A DNA stretch of 64,000 nt from Myxococcales bacterium (GTDB taxonomy: Bacteria > Myxococcota_A > Polyangia > Polyangiales > DASUME01), in the NCBI GenBank assembly GCA_047601445.1, contig JASGJH010000001.1:4192001-4256000 (forward strand), read 5' to 3'. The notes beneath the pieces are model-generated. The model saw only the letters and a list, made by a program, of their open reading frames with translations. It made no database searches and had not been told where the DNA came from. This document shows, piece by piece, positions 21,400-29,335 of this stretch (its first letter is position 1; each line of letters starts with the position of its first letter). The translations under genes were made by a program, and so were the position numbers.

Positions 21400-22551
21400 A
21401 TGCAAACGTATTCCAATTCGATCGATTCGACCCCGGTTCGGCTAGGCCAAAGTCACGGTTATCGGATCGAAAATGACACCGTCGCCATCAACGCCGACCT
21501 CACCGTCGCGAATGACGTGGCGGGAAGTCAGGCTCAGTGGGCACTGCAGCTCTGGGCTTGTGACGCGCCGTACGCAGGCGGACTTCTCTCGGGCATCAAG
21601 GTCGCTGAGGCGCCGGTGACGCTGTACGAGCTTCCGGAAGCACAGCCGTTGCGCTTCGACGCCCAGACCGCTGCCTGCTTGCCGGGTGGCCAGCGCGAAT
21701 ACTCGATGGTCCTGGTGTTGGCCGCAGGGCAACCTGGTGCCTTTCTAGTGCACGATTTCGCGAACTACCCGGCGCGTGAGCACTTCGCCGGCCCCAAACT
21801 CGCCGGCTCGGTGAGCTACGTGATCGACGGCAGCGAGGTCACGGTCCGCGCGGAGCGTGTGTCGAACACGCGCCCCGTGGACAACTTGAGCGGCTCCCTG
21901 GTGCTCGAGCTGTGGGCACAGTCGATGACCGCCGACGACGTCGCGAGGCACGTGACCTGCCTTGCGCAAGTTCAACTGGGCCGACTCTCTGGGCAGACCA
22001 GCCTCGAAGCCATCGAACAGCGAGTGCCGTTTCAAATTCCCTCTCGCGGCGACTGGAAGCTTTCGCTGCTGCTCCGTGAGTGGACCGCGCATGCTAGCTA
22101 CATCACGCGCGACGCCTGCGACTTCGCGGTGGCCTACGCGGCGGCACCGCTGGCCCCCGTGGTGGAAGCGTTCAGACCCGTCGAGGGCGTGCCGGCCGTC
22201 CAGGCGGCCGTGAATGCCGCTGCGCCAACCCAAGTTGCAGAGCCGTTCCAGGCCCCCGAAGCCGCGGAGCCGACCGAGGCAAGCAAGGCTTCGAAGGGGA
22301 AGAAGGCTCGCGACGGTGCCCGTGCTTCCGCGCGTCGCGCGCCGGCCGCCGCCAATGCCATCGACAGCGATCAGCGCATCTCGATCACGCAAGCGAGCGT
22401 CGAGGAGCTCTCTGCGCTGGAGGGCCTCAGCCGGAAGGTCGCGCTCGAGATCGTCAAATCGCGTCCGTTTGCTTCGATCGACGAGCTGGTTCGGGTACGC
22501 GGCATCGGTCCGCGCATGCTGCAGAATCTGCGCGGCCGTCTGAAGCTCTGA
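21400..22551 (+). CDS. Protein with duplicated N-terminal beta domain, Ala/Pro/Lys linker and C-terminal ComEA-like helix-hairpin-helix domain
   Basis: GGAGG RBS; ISITQASVEELSALEGL...RPFASIDELVRVRGIG; LQLWA and LELWA repeats. Confidence 0.8.
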   Translation: MQTYSNSIDSTPVRLGQSHGYRIENDTVAINADLTVANDVAGSQAQWALQLWACDAPYAGGLLSGIKVAEAPVTLYELPEAQPLRFDAQTAACLPGGQREYSMVLVLAAGQPGAFLVHDFANYPAREHFAGPKLAGSVSYVIDGSEVTVRAERVSNTRPVDNLSGSLVLELWAQSMTADDVARHVTCLAQVQLGRLSGQTSLEAIEQRVPFQIPSRGDWKLSLLLREWTAHASYITRDACDFAVAYAAAPLAPVVEAFRPVEGVPAVQAAVNAAAPTQVAEPFQAPEAAEPTEASKASKGKKARDGARASARRAPAAANAIDSDQRISITQASVEELSALEGLSRKVALEIVKSRPFASIDELVRVRGIGPRMLQNLRGRLKL

Positions 22552-22578
22552 GCGCGCGACCGCTGCGTCGGCGCTCAG
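22548..22578. terminator. GC-rich hairpin between convergent genes
   Basis: CTGAGCGC-G-CGAC / GTCG-GCGCTCAG stem; no U-tract. Confidence 0.35.
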
Positions 22579-22608
22579 CGCCTCGGCGCTCCCGTTAGCA
22601 CCGACTCG

Positions 22609-23277
22609 CTACGGCGACGGCGACGGCGCGGCTTGCTGAATCGGCAATTCCACGTCCGCGATCACGTGGATCGGAACCTGGGTCTTATCGTCGACTGCAG
22701 GCGTGTATTCACACCACCCCTGCGTGCAACTGCCGCCCAACGGGCCGCCACAGGGATAGGGGTCGACCAAAGTAGACGAGCGCTTGCTGACCACGTCGCC
22801 CTCGACGCGCACGCGCAGGCGGGAAGATTGGTAGGAGAGGATGTCGTACGACCCGGAAACCCACTCGGGATTGTAGGGGGTCTCGAACCAAACAAAGCTG
22901 CCCGCGGTCTTGTACTTGCGGAAGTTCTCCAGCGAGTATCCCTCGCGCAGGATGCGATCGTCGAACGTGAGCATGAGCCCCCCTTCCAGGAACGAGGCGT
23001 CGTACTCCGTGATGGGTGAATAAGGACCGCCGTTCTCGACGAGCTGATCGGGCGGCGCCGGCGCGCAGGTCTCCTGGCTCTGATTGCAGGTCAGCCGCGC
23101 GCCGAGGGGCGAGCGCACGGTGATCTGCTCCACCTTGTCGAAGCAGGCTTGCGGCTCGCAACGGTCGGCCTGGGTGGCCCCGGAGAGATGCCAGCAGGTT
23201 CGCTTGGGCGACGGCACCTCCGGGGAGCACGCCGAGACGGCGGACAAGGCAAAAAGCAGGGCGAGCGAGCGCGACAT
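22609..23277 (-). CDS. Cys-rich hypothetical lipoprotein
   Basis: MSRSLALLFALSAVSAC lipobox; GAGG RBS. Confidence 0.65.
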   Translation of the reverse strand: MSRSLALLFALSAVSACSPEVPSPKRTCWHLSGATQADRCEPQACFDKVEQITVRSPLGARLTCNQSQETCAPAPPDQLVENGGPYSPITEYDASFLEGGLMLTFDDRILREGYSLENFRKYKTAGSFVWFETPYNPEWVSGSYDILSYQSSRLRVRVEGDVVSKRSSTLVDPYPCGGPLGGSCTQGWCEYTPAVDDKTQVPIHVIADVELPIQQAAPSPSP

Positions 23278-23513
23278 GGGACCTCGTTGGAACGGCGCCA
23301 CTCTTGAACGGGCCTCCCACCCAAGTCAACGAACGGCGCGAGGACGCCAAGAAACCACTATGACTGCAAACGCTCTGATGCAGCATACGGATGCGGCGGC
23401 CGATTTTGATGGGCGGCGTTCGGGGCCTTTACCAGTGCTACAAAAATCCGCTCTCTACGGCCAATTGCCGAAAAAGGTGACTCTTCGCGGAGCTCATCTG
23501 ACAGGCTGCCGCG

Positions 23514-25199
23514 ATGACCGCGTCGTCCTACCTCCGAGCTGCTCGCAGGCATCTCCTCGGCATCTCAGCACTGTGCCTACTCGCCGCCTGCGCGCCCCTC
23601 GACTCGAACACGAGCGACGGCGGGCTCGAGCCGGACACCTCCATGCGCGATCAGCCCCCGGATACGTTGGACGCGCAGGCCGCGGCCAGCGACGCGGGGG
23701 ACGGAGGGCGACCTCAGACCGACGCAGCCCACCCCGCCGATGGCGACGCGGGTGCTTCCGACGCGGGTCCAACGGCGCCGCAGGCCGCCGACCTCGCGTA
23801 CGATGCCTTCACCAAGGTTTTCTTCACGGGCCAGAGCGGCAAGGGCTACTACGTCAACAACTCCGGCACCTCGACCGCTGACGCGTGGTGGACCCAGGCC
23901 GAGCTGATCGAAATGGCGATCGACGCCTACGAGCGACAACCCAGCGCTGCGTATCGCACGCTGATGACGCAGCTCGTGGCCGGATTCGTCGCCAAGCAGG
24001 GCGCTGACTGGACCTACAACGACTTCAACGACGACATCGCCTGGATGGTGATCGCCAGCGCCCGTGCCCACCTCCTGACGAAGAACGCGGATTTCCTGGG
24101 CTACGCCAGGCAGAACTGGGATGCGATGTACACGCGCGCGTCCAGCGCGGACTACGGCGGCGGGCTCTGGTGGAAGGTGAACGGGAACAGTAAGAACGCG
24201 TGCATCAATGGTCCTGGCGCCATCGGCGCCTACTTGCTGTACAAGGCCACCGGCGAGGCGGGCTACCTGCAAAAGGCCAAGGCGCTCTACGCCTGGGAGC
24301 GAGCCACCCTCTTCGACACCAAGACCGGCGCCATCTACGACAACGTCAACCCCAGCGGGGGCGACAAGTGGACCTTCACGTACAACAGCGGCACGTTCAT
24401 CGGCATCGCCAACTTTCTGTTCCAGGAGACGAAGGACAAGGCGTACTTCGATGATGCCAAGCTCGCGGCGGACTTCGTGAAGGGCCAGCTGAGCGACGCT
24501 GAAGGCCTGATCAAGGAGAACGCCATCTCGGGCGACGGCGCCGCGTTCAAGTCGATCATGTTCCGTTGGTTGAGCAAGTTCGTCAAAGACAACCAGCTCG
24601 AGAACGTCTACCTGCCCTGGCTCCAGACCAACGCCAATCGCGCCTGGGCCAATCGCCGGGCCGGCGACAGCATCTCGTGGAACGACTGGAAGCAGGCCAC
24701 GCCGCACGGGATCTTCGACTCGCACGGTGCCATGGCCACCGTGCAGATCCTGCAGGTGGTGCCGCCGGGGGGCACGGACATCGCGTGGTACAACAGCGCT
24801 CCCCAGAATGGCCGCAATCAAGTCGAGGCCGAGAACTGCGACGAGAAGCGCGGAGCGACGACCGAAGCCTCGGAAGCCAGCGGCAAGCAGCTAGGCGGCA
24901 TCGGCAACGACGCCTGGGCGCGCTACGGCCAGGTGGATTTCGGACAGGGCGCCACGATGTTCGATGCGCGCATCTCGGTGGCCCCGGGGGCAGGCGGAAG
25001 CATCGAGATCCACATCGACGCCAAGGATGGTCCCGTGATCGGCACGCTGATGACGCAGTCTACGGGGAGCTGGACCACGTACACGCAGGTGAGCACCTCG
25101 CTCGCCAGCACGAGCGGCGTGCACGATGTCTACCTCGTCTTCAAGACGGGCCCCGGCAGCAGCTTCGTGACCAACCTGAACTGGTTCAAACTTCACTGA
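23514..25199 (+). CDS. GH76 alpha-1,6-mannanase-like lipoprotein with C-terminal CBM6-like module
   Basis: LAAC; catalytic NDDIAW; GGGLWW, KNACING, FTYNSG, GDGAAFKSI; VEAEN...VDFGQGA...TGSW...GVHDVYLVF...NLNWF. Confidence 0.92.
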   Translation: MTASSYLRAARRHLLGISALCLLAACAPLDSNTSDGGLEPDTSMRDQPPDTLDAQAAASDAGDGGRPQTDAAHPADGDAGASDAGPTAPQAADLAYDAFTKVFFTGQSGKGYYVNNSGTSTADAWWTQAELIEMAIDAYERQPSAAYRTLMTQLVAGFVAKQGADWTYNDFNDDIAWMVIASARAHLLTKNADFLGYARQNWDAMYTRASSADYGGGLWWKVNGNSKNACINGPGAIGAYLLYKATGEAGYLQKAKALYAWERATLFDTKTGAIYDNVNPSGGDKWTFTYNSGTFIGIANFLFQETKDKAYFDDAKLAADFVKGQLSDAEGLIKENAISGDGAAFKSIMFRWLSKFVKDNQLENVYLPWLQTNANRAWANRRAGDSISWNDWKQATPHGIFDSHGAMATVQILQVVPPGGTDIAWYNSAPQNGRNQVEAENCDEKRGATTEASEASGKQLGGIGNDAWARYGQVDFGQGATMFDARISVAPGAGGSIEIHIDAKDGPVIGTLMTQSTGSWTTYTQVSTSLASTSGVHDVYLVFKTGPGSSFVTNLNWFKLH

Positions 25200-25347
25200 C
25201 CGACAAGGCAGCGCTGCACCCTGAACGGAGCTCGCACCGAACGAACGGAGTGAGCACGCTCGGTCAGCAAACGACCGAGCGCCGCCTGGAAGGCGCCGCA
25301 ACGGAATGCCTCTTGCGTGCCCTGCGCTCGAACCAAGGAGGTCTTCC

Positions 25348-25917
25348 ATGCGAGCAAGTGCTGCGCGAAGCCGTTCATTCCTGCTGCTTTTCAGCGTTTT
25401 TATGCTCACACTATCGGTGAGCGGGTCGACCGCGGTCGCGGATGATGCCGACGAGATCGACCAGAGCGTCGACGAGGCGCTCGAGCGCTTTCGCACACAA
25501 GTCAAGGGCGCGTCGGACTATCTCAGCGCTGCCAACGGGGTGCTCGTGATTCCGGAAGTGAAGAAGATGGGCCTGGTCCTGGCGGGACAGTGGGGCGAGG
25601 GAGCTCTGCGCATCGGCAAGGAGAACACCGCCTACTACAAGATGAACACCGGTTCGCTCGGCTTTCAGGGCGGCTATCAAGAGGCCGACTTCGTGTTCGT
25701 GTTCTTCACCGACAAGGCCCTCGACGACTTCCGGAGAGCCGACAAGTGGACGGTCGGCGCAGAAAGCGGCATTACGATTGTCGAGAAGGGCTTCGGAGGT
25801 TCGGTGGACACGCTCAAGAGTCAAAACCCGGTCGCGGGCTTCGCCTTCGGGAAGAAGGGCCTCATGGCCGGATGGTCGCTGAAAGGCACCAAGTTCACTC
25901 GCTTCACGCCCAAATGA
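25348..25917 (+). CDS. Ysc84/SYLF lipid-binding domain protein, exported
   Basis: AAGGAGG RBS; GVLVIPEVKKMG, GQWGEGAL, GSLGFQGG, GLMAGWSLKGTKF. Confidence 0.88.
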   Translation: MRASAARSRSFLLLFSVFMLTLSVSGSTAVADDADEIDQSVDEALERFRTQVKGASDYLSAANGVLVIPEVKKMGLVLAGQWGEGALRIGKENTAYYKMNTGSLGFQGGYQEADFVFVFFTDKALDDFRRADKWTVGAESGITIVEKGFGGSVDTLKSQNPVAGFAFGKKGLMAGWSLKGTKFTRFTPK

Positions 25918-26468
25918 CTTGGCGCGTGTCCGTCATCGCCATACTCGTCTTGCTCCTCGGTTCGGGCCTGGTCGTGGCCTGGTTGCTGCGCCGACCCAAG
26001 CCATCTCCAAGCTCGGCGGACGACGGTTGGGAGCACCCTTTCGGGCTCAGCCTCAGCGGCCCGTCCCACGCAAAGCTACCCGCGCCCGACGCCGAGCCGA
26101 CCGTTGCCTACCCTGCGGTGATCACCGCCCAGCTCGCGCTTCCAACCTCGTTGTGGGGCGCCCGCGAGCGCTTACGCCTGGTGCTTCGCAGCGAGGACGG
26201 GCGAACGTGGGAGAACACGTTCGGCGCGCTGGACCAGCCGCTCGGCATCCTGATCGAGCGGGCCTACGAGCCCCCGTCGGACGTGCCCCTCCTGACCGAG
26301 GCACTCCTCGTACCGGATCATGACCGGACCGCCGTCCAGTCCGAGTTTCGCGCCAATATCGCGCTGCTCGATCTGCCGCTCGGTACGCACCTCTTTCACG
26401 CCCGGGCCATGCTCGACGATCTGCGCTCGAACGAGATCACACTCGAGATCAGCGTCGGTGCTCCCTAG
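25914..26468 (+). CDS. Membrane-anchored hypothetical protein
   Basis: ATGA overlap with the upstream stop; N-terminal TM helix. Confidence 0.6.
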   Translation: MTWRVSVIAILVLLLGSGLVVAWLLRRPKPSPSSADDGWEHPFGLSLSGPSHAKLPAPDAEPTVAYPAVITAQLALPTSLWGARERLRLVLRSEDGRTWENTFGALDQPLGILIERAYEPPSDVPLLTEALLVPDHDRTAVQSEFRANIALLDLPLGTHLFHARAMLDDLRSNEITLEISVGAP

Positions 26469-27118
26469 GCGTTCCGCAACACGCGCTGCACGACCCGCTG
26501 ACATAGCGCGGCATCGAACGCATAGACCTGCGGGATCACGTCGTGGAGCTCCTCCAGCCCAGAGCTCGCCCACGAATCCTGAGCACGACGAAGTCGTAAC
26601 TGCACGTTCGCGTCACTCATTCCCAGGCAGGCTGCGACTTGGGCGATGCTCAGCTGCTCGACCCGGGCCAAGGTGAATACGATCCGCTGATCGAGGGGAA
26701 GTTGGTCGAGGCAGCGTTCGAGCATGGCCACCAGCGGATCCGCCGCCTGCGGCGTGACCCCGCCGACCTCCTCCGCTGGCTCGAGAGGTGGAACCGAACG
26801 GCGAAGACGGGGCTGTCGCAGCGCCAGCTGGACGGAGCGTCGACCGAGCCAGGTGCTGAGGTCCACGTAGGACTCGTTCTGCATGAACGCTCGATAGGCC
26901 TCGAGCCAGACATCGCAGGTCACCCGCTCGGCTTGCGCGCCCGAGATGGCCCGCACGCTCCGAAAAACCAAGCGACCGCGCTGGTGGATCAACGACGCGA
27001 GGGCAGCCCTCGATGCAGCGGCGGCACCGCGGTCCTGCTGGACGATGCGGCGCACCAGCCCGCGCTCCGAGGCCGCCGACGACTGCGCTGTTCTGGGTAG
27101 AGATTGTGTGGACGCCAT
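26465..27118 (-). CDS. ECF-type sigma-70 factor with divergent region 2
   Basis: LERCLDQLPLDQRIVFTLARVEQLSIAQVAACLG...VQLRLRRA (region 4); DLSTWLGR; start uncertain. Confidence 0.72.
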   Translation of the reverse strand: MASTQSLPRTAQSSAASERGLVRRIVQQDRGAAAASRAALASLIHQRGRLVFRSVRAISGAQAERVTCDVWLEAYRAFMQNESYVDLSTWLGRRSVQLALRQPRLRRSVPPLEPAEEVGGVTPQAADPLVAMLERCLDQLPLDQRIVFTLARVEQLSIAQVAACLGMSDANVQLRLRRAQDSWASSGLEELHDVIPQVYAFDAALCQRVVQRVLRNA

Positions 27119-27284
27119 ATTTCCCCAGAGCATCGAGGGCCCAAAACGTTCCCGAGGACGATCCGCTGTAACCTTTTCGCCCCTCGCGACTCCATGGGCG
27201 AAGCGTGACGAGTTCCGCACACGGAGGACCGATGATCGAGCCCACGACGATGGTCAGCGCGGTTGCCCGCATGGCGCCCCGCTG

Positions 27285-27476
27285 ATGCTCGGGCTCTGCC
27301 ATCCAAGCCACCCTGTGTGGCGCCTGGCAGCCGTTGCCTTCCTAGTCGGCGCCACGGCCTTCAGCGTGACAGCCGTTTGGGTACCTCAGCTGGCCGATGT
27401 GGCGCACTGGACGTGGCTCGCGTGCCTGGGGTGCAGCGCGATAGCCGCCTTCAATTTGCTGAAATCATTGGATTAA
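27285..27476 (+). CDS. Small two-TM membrane protein; true start may be 27232 via a frameshift
   Basis: Two hydrophobic segments (LAAVAFLVGATAFSVTAVWV; WTWLACLGCSAIAAFNLL). Confidence 0.45.
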   Translation: MLGLCHPSHPVWRLAAVAFLVGATAFSVTAVWVPQLADVAHWTWLACLGCSAIAAFNLLKSLD

Positions 27477-27552
27477 CCTCCGAGCCATCCTTGAGCGCTC
27501 TGACCGGGGTGGTCAGCGCTGGACGTTGAAGGTCGCCACGGCGCAGACCAAA

Positions 27553-28158
27553 ATGGGCGCTCGCCAGATGTTCGAGGCTCACGTCACCGTTTCTTCCCTG
27601 CTGGATGAACGCGCTCTACACGGATGGGCTTGCGAGCGTGGCTTGTCCTCCCTGTGCATCGAGCTGGATCGCGGAGCAACACCGCGGCAGCAGATGGTGA
27701 CAGCGCGCTACGAAGGGGGAATCTCCCAGGCGCTGGCTTCCTTGGAGACGTTGATTCGGGACCTCCGCAGCCTAACGGGTGTGGAGGTACGCCGCTCGAA
27801 GCTCGAGCTCGACTTGCGGAGCGTTCCCTCCGAGCTGCCTTCCCACGCTCGCTACCTCGAGCATCACCTCAAAGTGCGCACGCAGCCGTCGGGGATGTCC
27901 ATGTTGGAGGAGCTCGGTCGCGCCCATGCCGGTCACGTGTCCAAGAACGCCTACAAGAGCTTGGGGGCAGGCCTCGAAGAGCGCTTCCTCACCCAGCGCT
28001 TCCCTCTCGCACAGCGCGCCGACGCGGAGCGTTCGTTGAACGCACTCCGAACGTCGCTGGAGCAACGTGGCTTCGTCGTCCTGAAGAGCGAGCGCGAGGT
28101 GGTACTTCACGACGACAATCTGCAGCTGGACCACGGCTGGATGAAGGCGGCGGTATGA
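27553..28158 (+). CDS. Hypothetical protein with repeated (F/Y)xExHxxV motif, coupled to the nucleotidyltransferase gene
   Basis: FEAHVTV and YLEHHLKV, HVSKNA, RFLTQR, EREVVLHDDN; stop overlaps the next ATG (ATGA). Confidence 0.72.
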   Translation: MGARQMFEAHVTVSSLLDERALHGWACERGLSSLCIELDRGATPRQQMVTARYEGGISQALASLETLIRDLRSLTGVEVRRSKLELDLRSVPSELPSHARYLEHHLKVRTQPSGMSMLEELGRAHAGHVSKNAYKSLGAGLEERFLTQRFPLAQRADAERSLNALRTSLEQRGFVVLKSEREVVLHDDNLQLDHGWMKAAV

Positions 28159-29060
28159 GCTCCATCAAGGGCTGGCGGCGCCCTTCACCGCCAAAGGGAT
28201 ATCCGCGAGGCTACCTTCCAGATCCAGAACGCCAAGATGTCTTCGATCCAGCGCTCAAGCACCATCCCAATGCGTTCGTGAAGGCAGAGCCCGAGTTCAG
28301 CAATGTCGCCGAACGGCTCGCGTTCCAGAAGGCGCGCGCGCGTGTGCTCGAGATCGCTGTGGCTGCCCTGGCTGACTCTAAAGTGCGCGACCACTTGGTC
28401 GTGCGAGGCAGCATCACGCTGCAGCACTGGTTCGGCTCACTCGCGCGCCCAGCGAAAGACATCGATCTGGTCGTCGTCCCGGCTGCGTGGAAGCCGACCA
28501 GTGCAGAGGCGACGAAACTGCTGACCGCGATTCAAGACTGTGTATGCCGAGCCTTGGTCGAGGCGCACGTTGGGCCAATCGCGGACGGCGTGCGGATCGA
28601 CTCGATCTGGACGTACGAACGGGCCGAGGGACGGCGGCTATCGTTTCTGTGGATCTGGAACGACATGCAGCCGGAGCAGTTGCAGATCGACGTCGTATTC
28701 TGCGAGCCGCTGCAGACCGCACCGATCCTCGAGTCGCTGACGTACGGCTCGCTGTGGTTCGCGTCCCAGTCCGAATCGTTGGCATGGAAGCTCCTGTGGC
28801 TGGAGTCCGATTTCCATCCCCAAGCCAAGGATCTCTACGACGCCATTTTGCTCGCGGAAGCCACATCGCTCCCGCTCTCGTTGTTGCGCAAGGTCTTCCA
28901 GGGCAAGGACAGGGACTGGGATGCTCGGTACGAAGATCCAGCCTTCGTGATCGACTGGGACGTCCCCAGCGAAGACATCGTCGTCAGCTGCCCGGAGCTC
29001 GCTCCTCCCACGGGCCCCGAGGGACTCGTGCGCCTGCGAGATGCTCTGAGGTTCGTCTAG
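28155..29060 (+). CDS. AbiEii-like nucleotidyltransferase (DNA pol beta superfamily)
   Basis: LVVRGS...ARPAKDIDL (GS plus DxD), LQIDVVF, SLAWKL, KDLYDA. Confidence 0.8.
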   Translation: MSSIKGWRRPSPPKGYPRGYLPDPERQDVFDPALKHHPNAFVKAEPEFSNVAERLAFQKARARVLEIAVAALADSKVRDHLVVRGSITLQHWFGSLARPAKDIDLVVVPAAWKPTSAEATKLLTAIQDCVCRALVEAHVGPIADGVRIDSIWTYERAEGRRLSFLWIWNDMQPEQLQIDVVFCEPLQTAPILESLTYGSLWFASQSESLAWKLLWLESDFHPQAKDLYDAILLAEATSLPLSLLRKVFQGKDRDWDARYEDPAFVIDWDVPSEDIVVSCPELAPPTGPEGLVRLRDALRFV

Positions 29061-29269
29061 CCGTAGCTCCCCCTGTGCCCTCGGTGCACCGCGACCTCTA
29101 TCCGGAGGGCGGCGGGCCCCAGGAAAACAGGAGCCATGGGGTAGGCGCCTCACTCGGCGCGTTCATTTGGCCCGCCGCGTCAGCCGCGCCCCGCCGGAGC
29201 TCCGGCCGGAGCCCAGATCGAGACGGCCCGGCTGGGTCGTAAAACAGGAATTACTGCCCAAGAGGAGAG

Positions 29270-29287
29270 TTGGGAATTAGTTCCCAA
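29270..29287. promoter_or_regulatory. Inverted repeat TTGGGAA-N4-TTCCCAA, candidate operator upstream of the RND gene
   Basis: Perfect 7-bp arms in an AT-rich stretch about 50 bp before ATG 29336. Confidence 0.55.
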
Positions 29288-29335
29288 TACAGAGATTAAT
29301 TTCGATATTGGAAAAACCGGCGTAAAACCGCTCCC

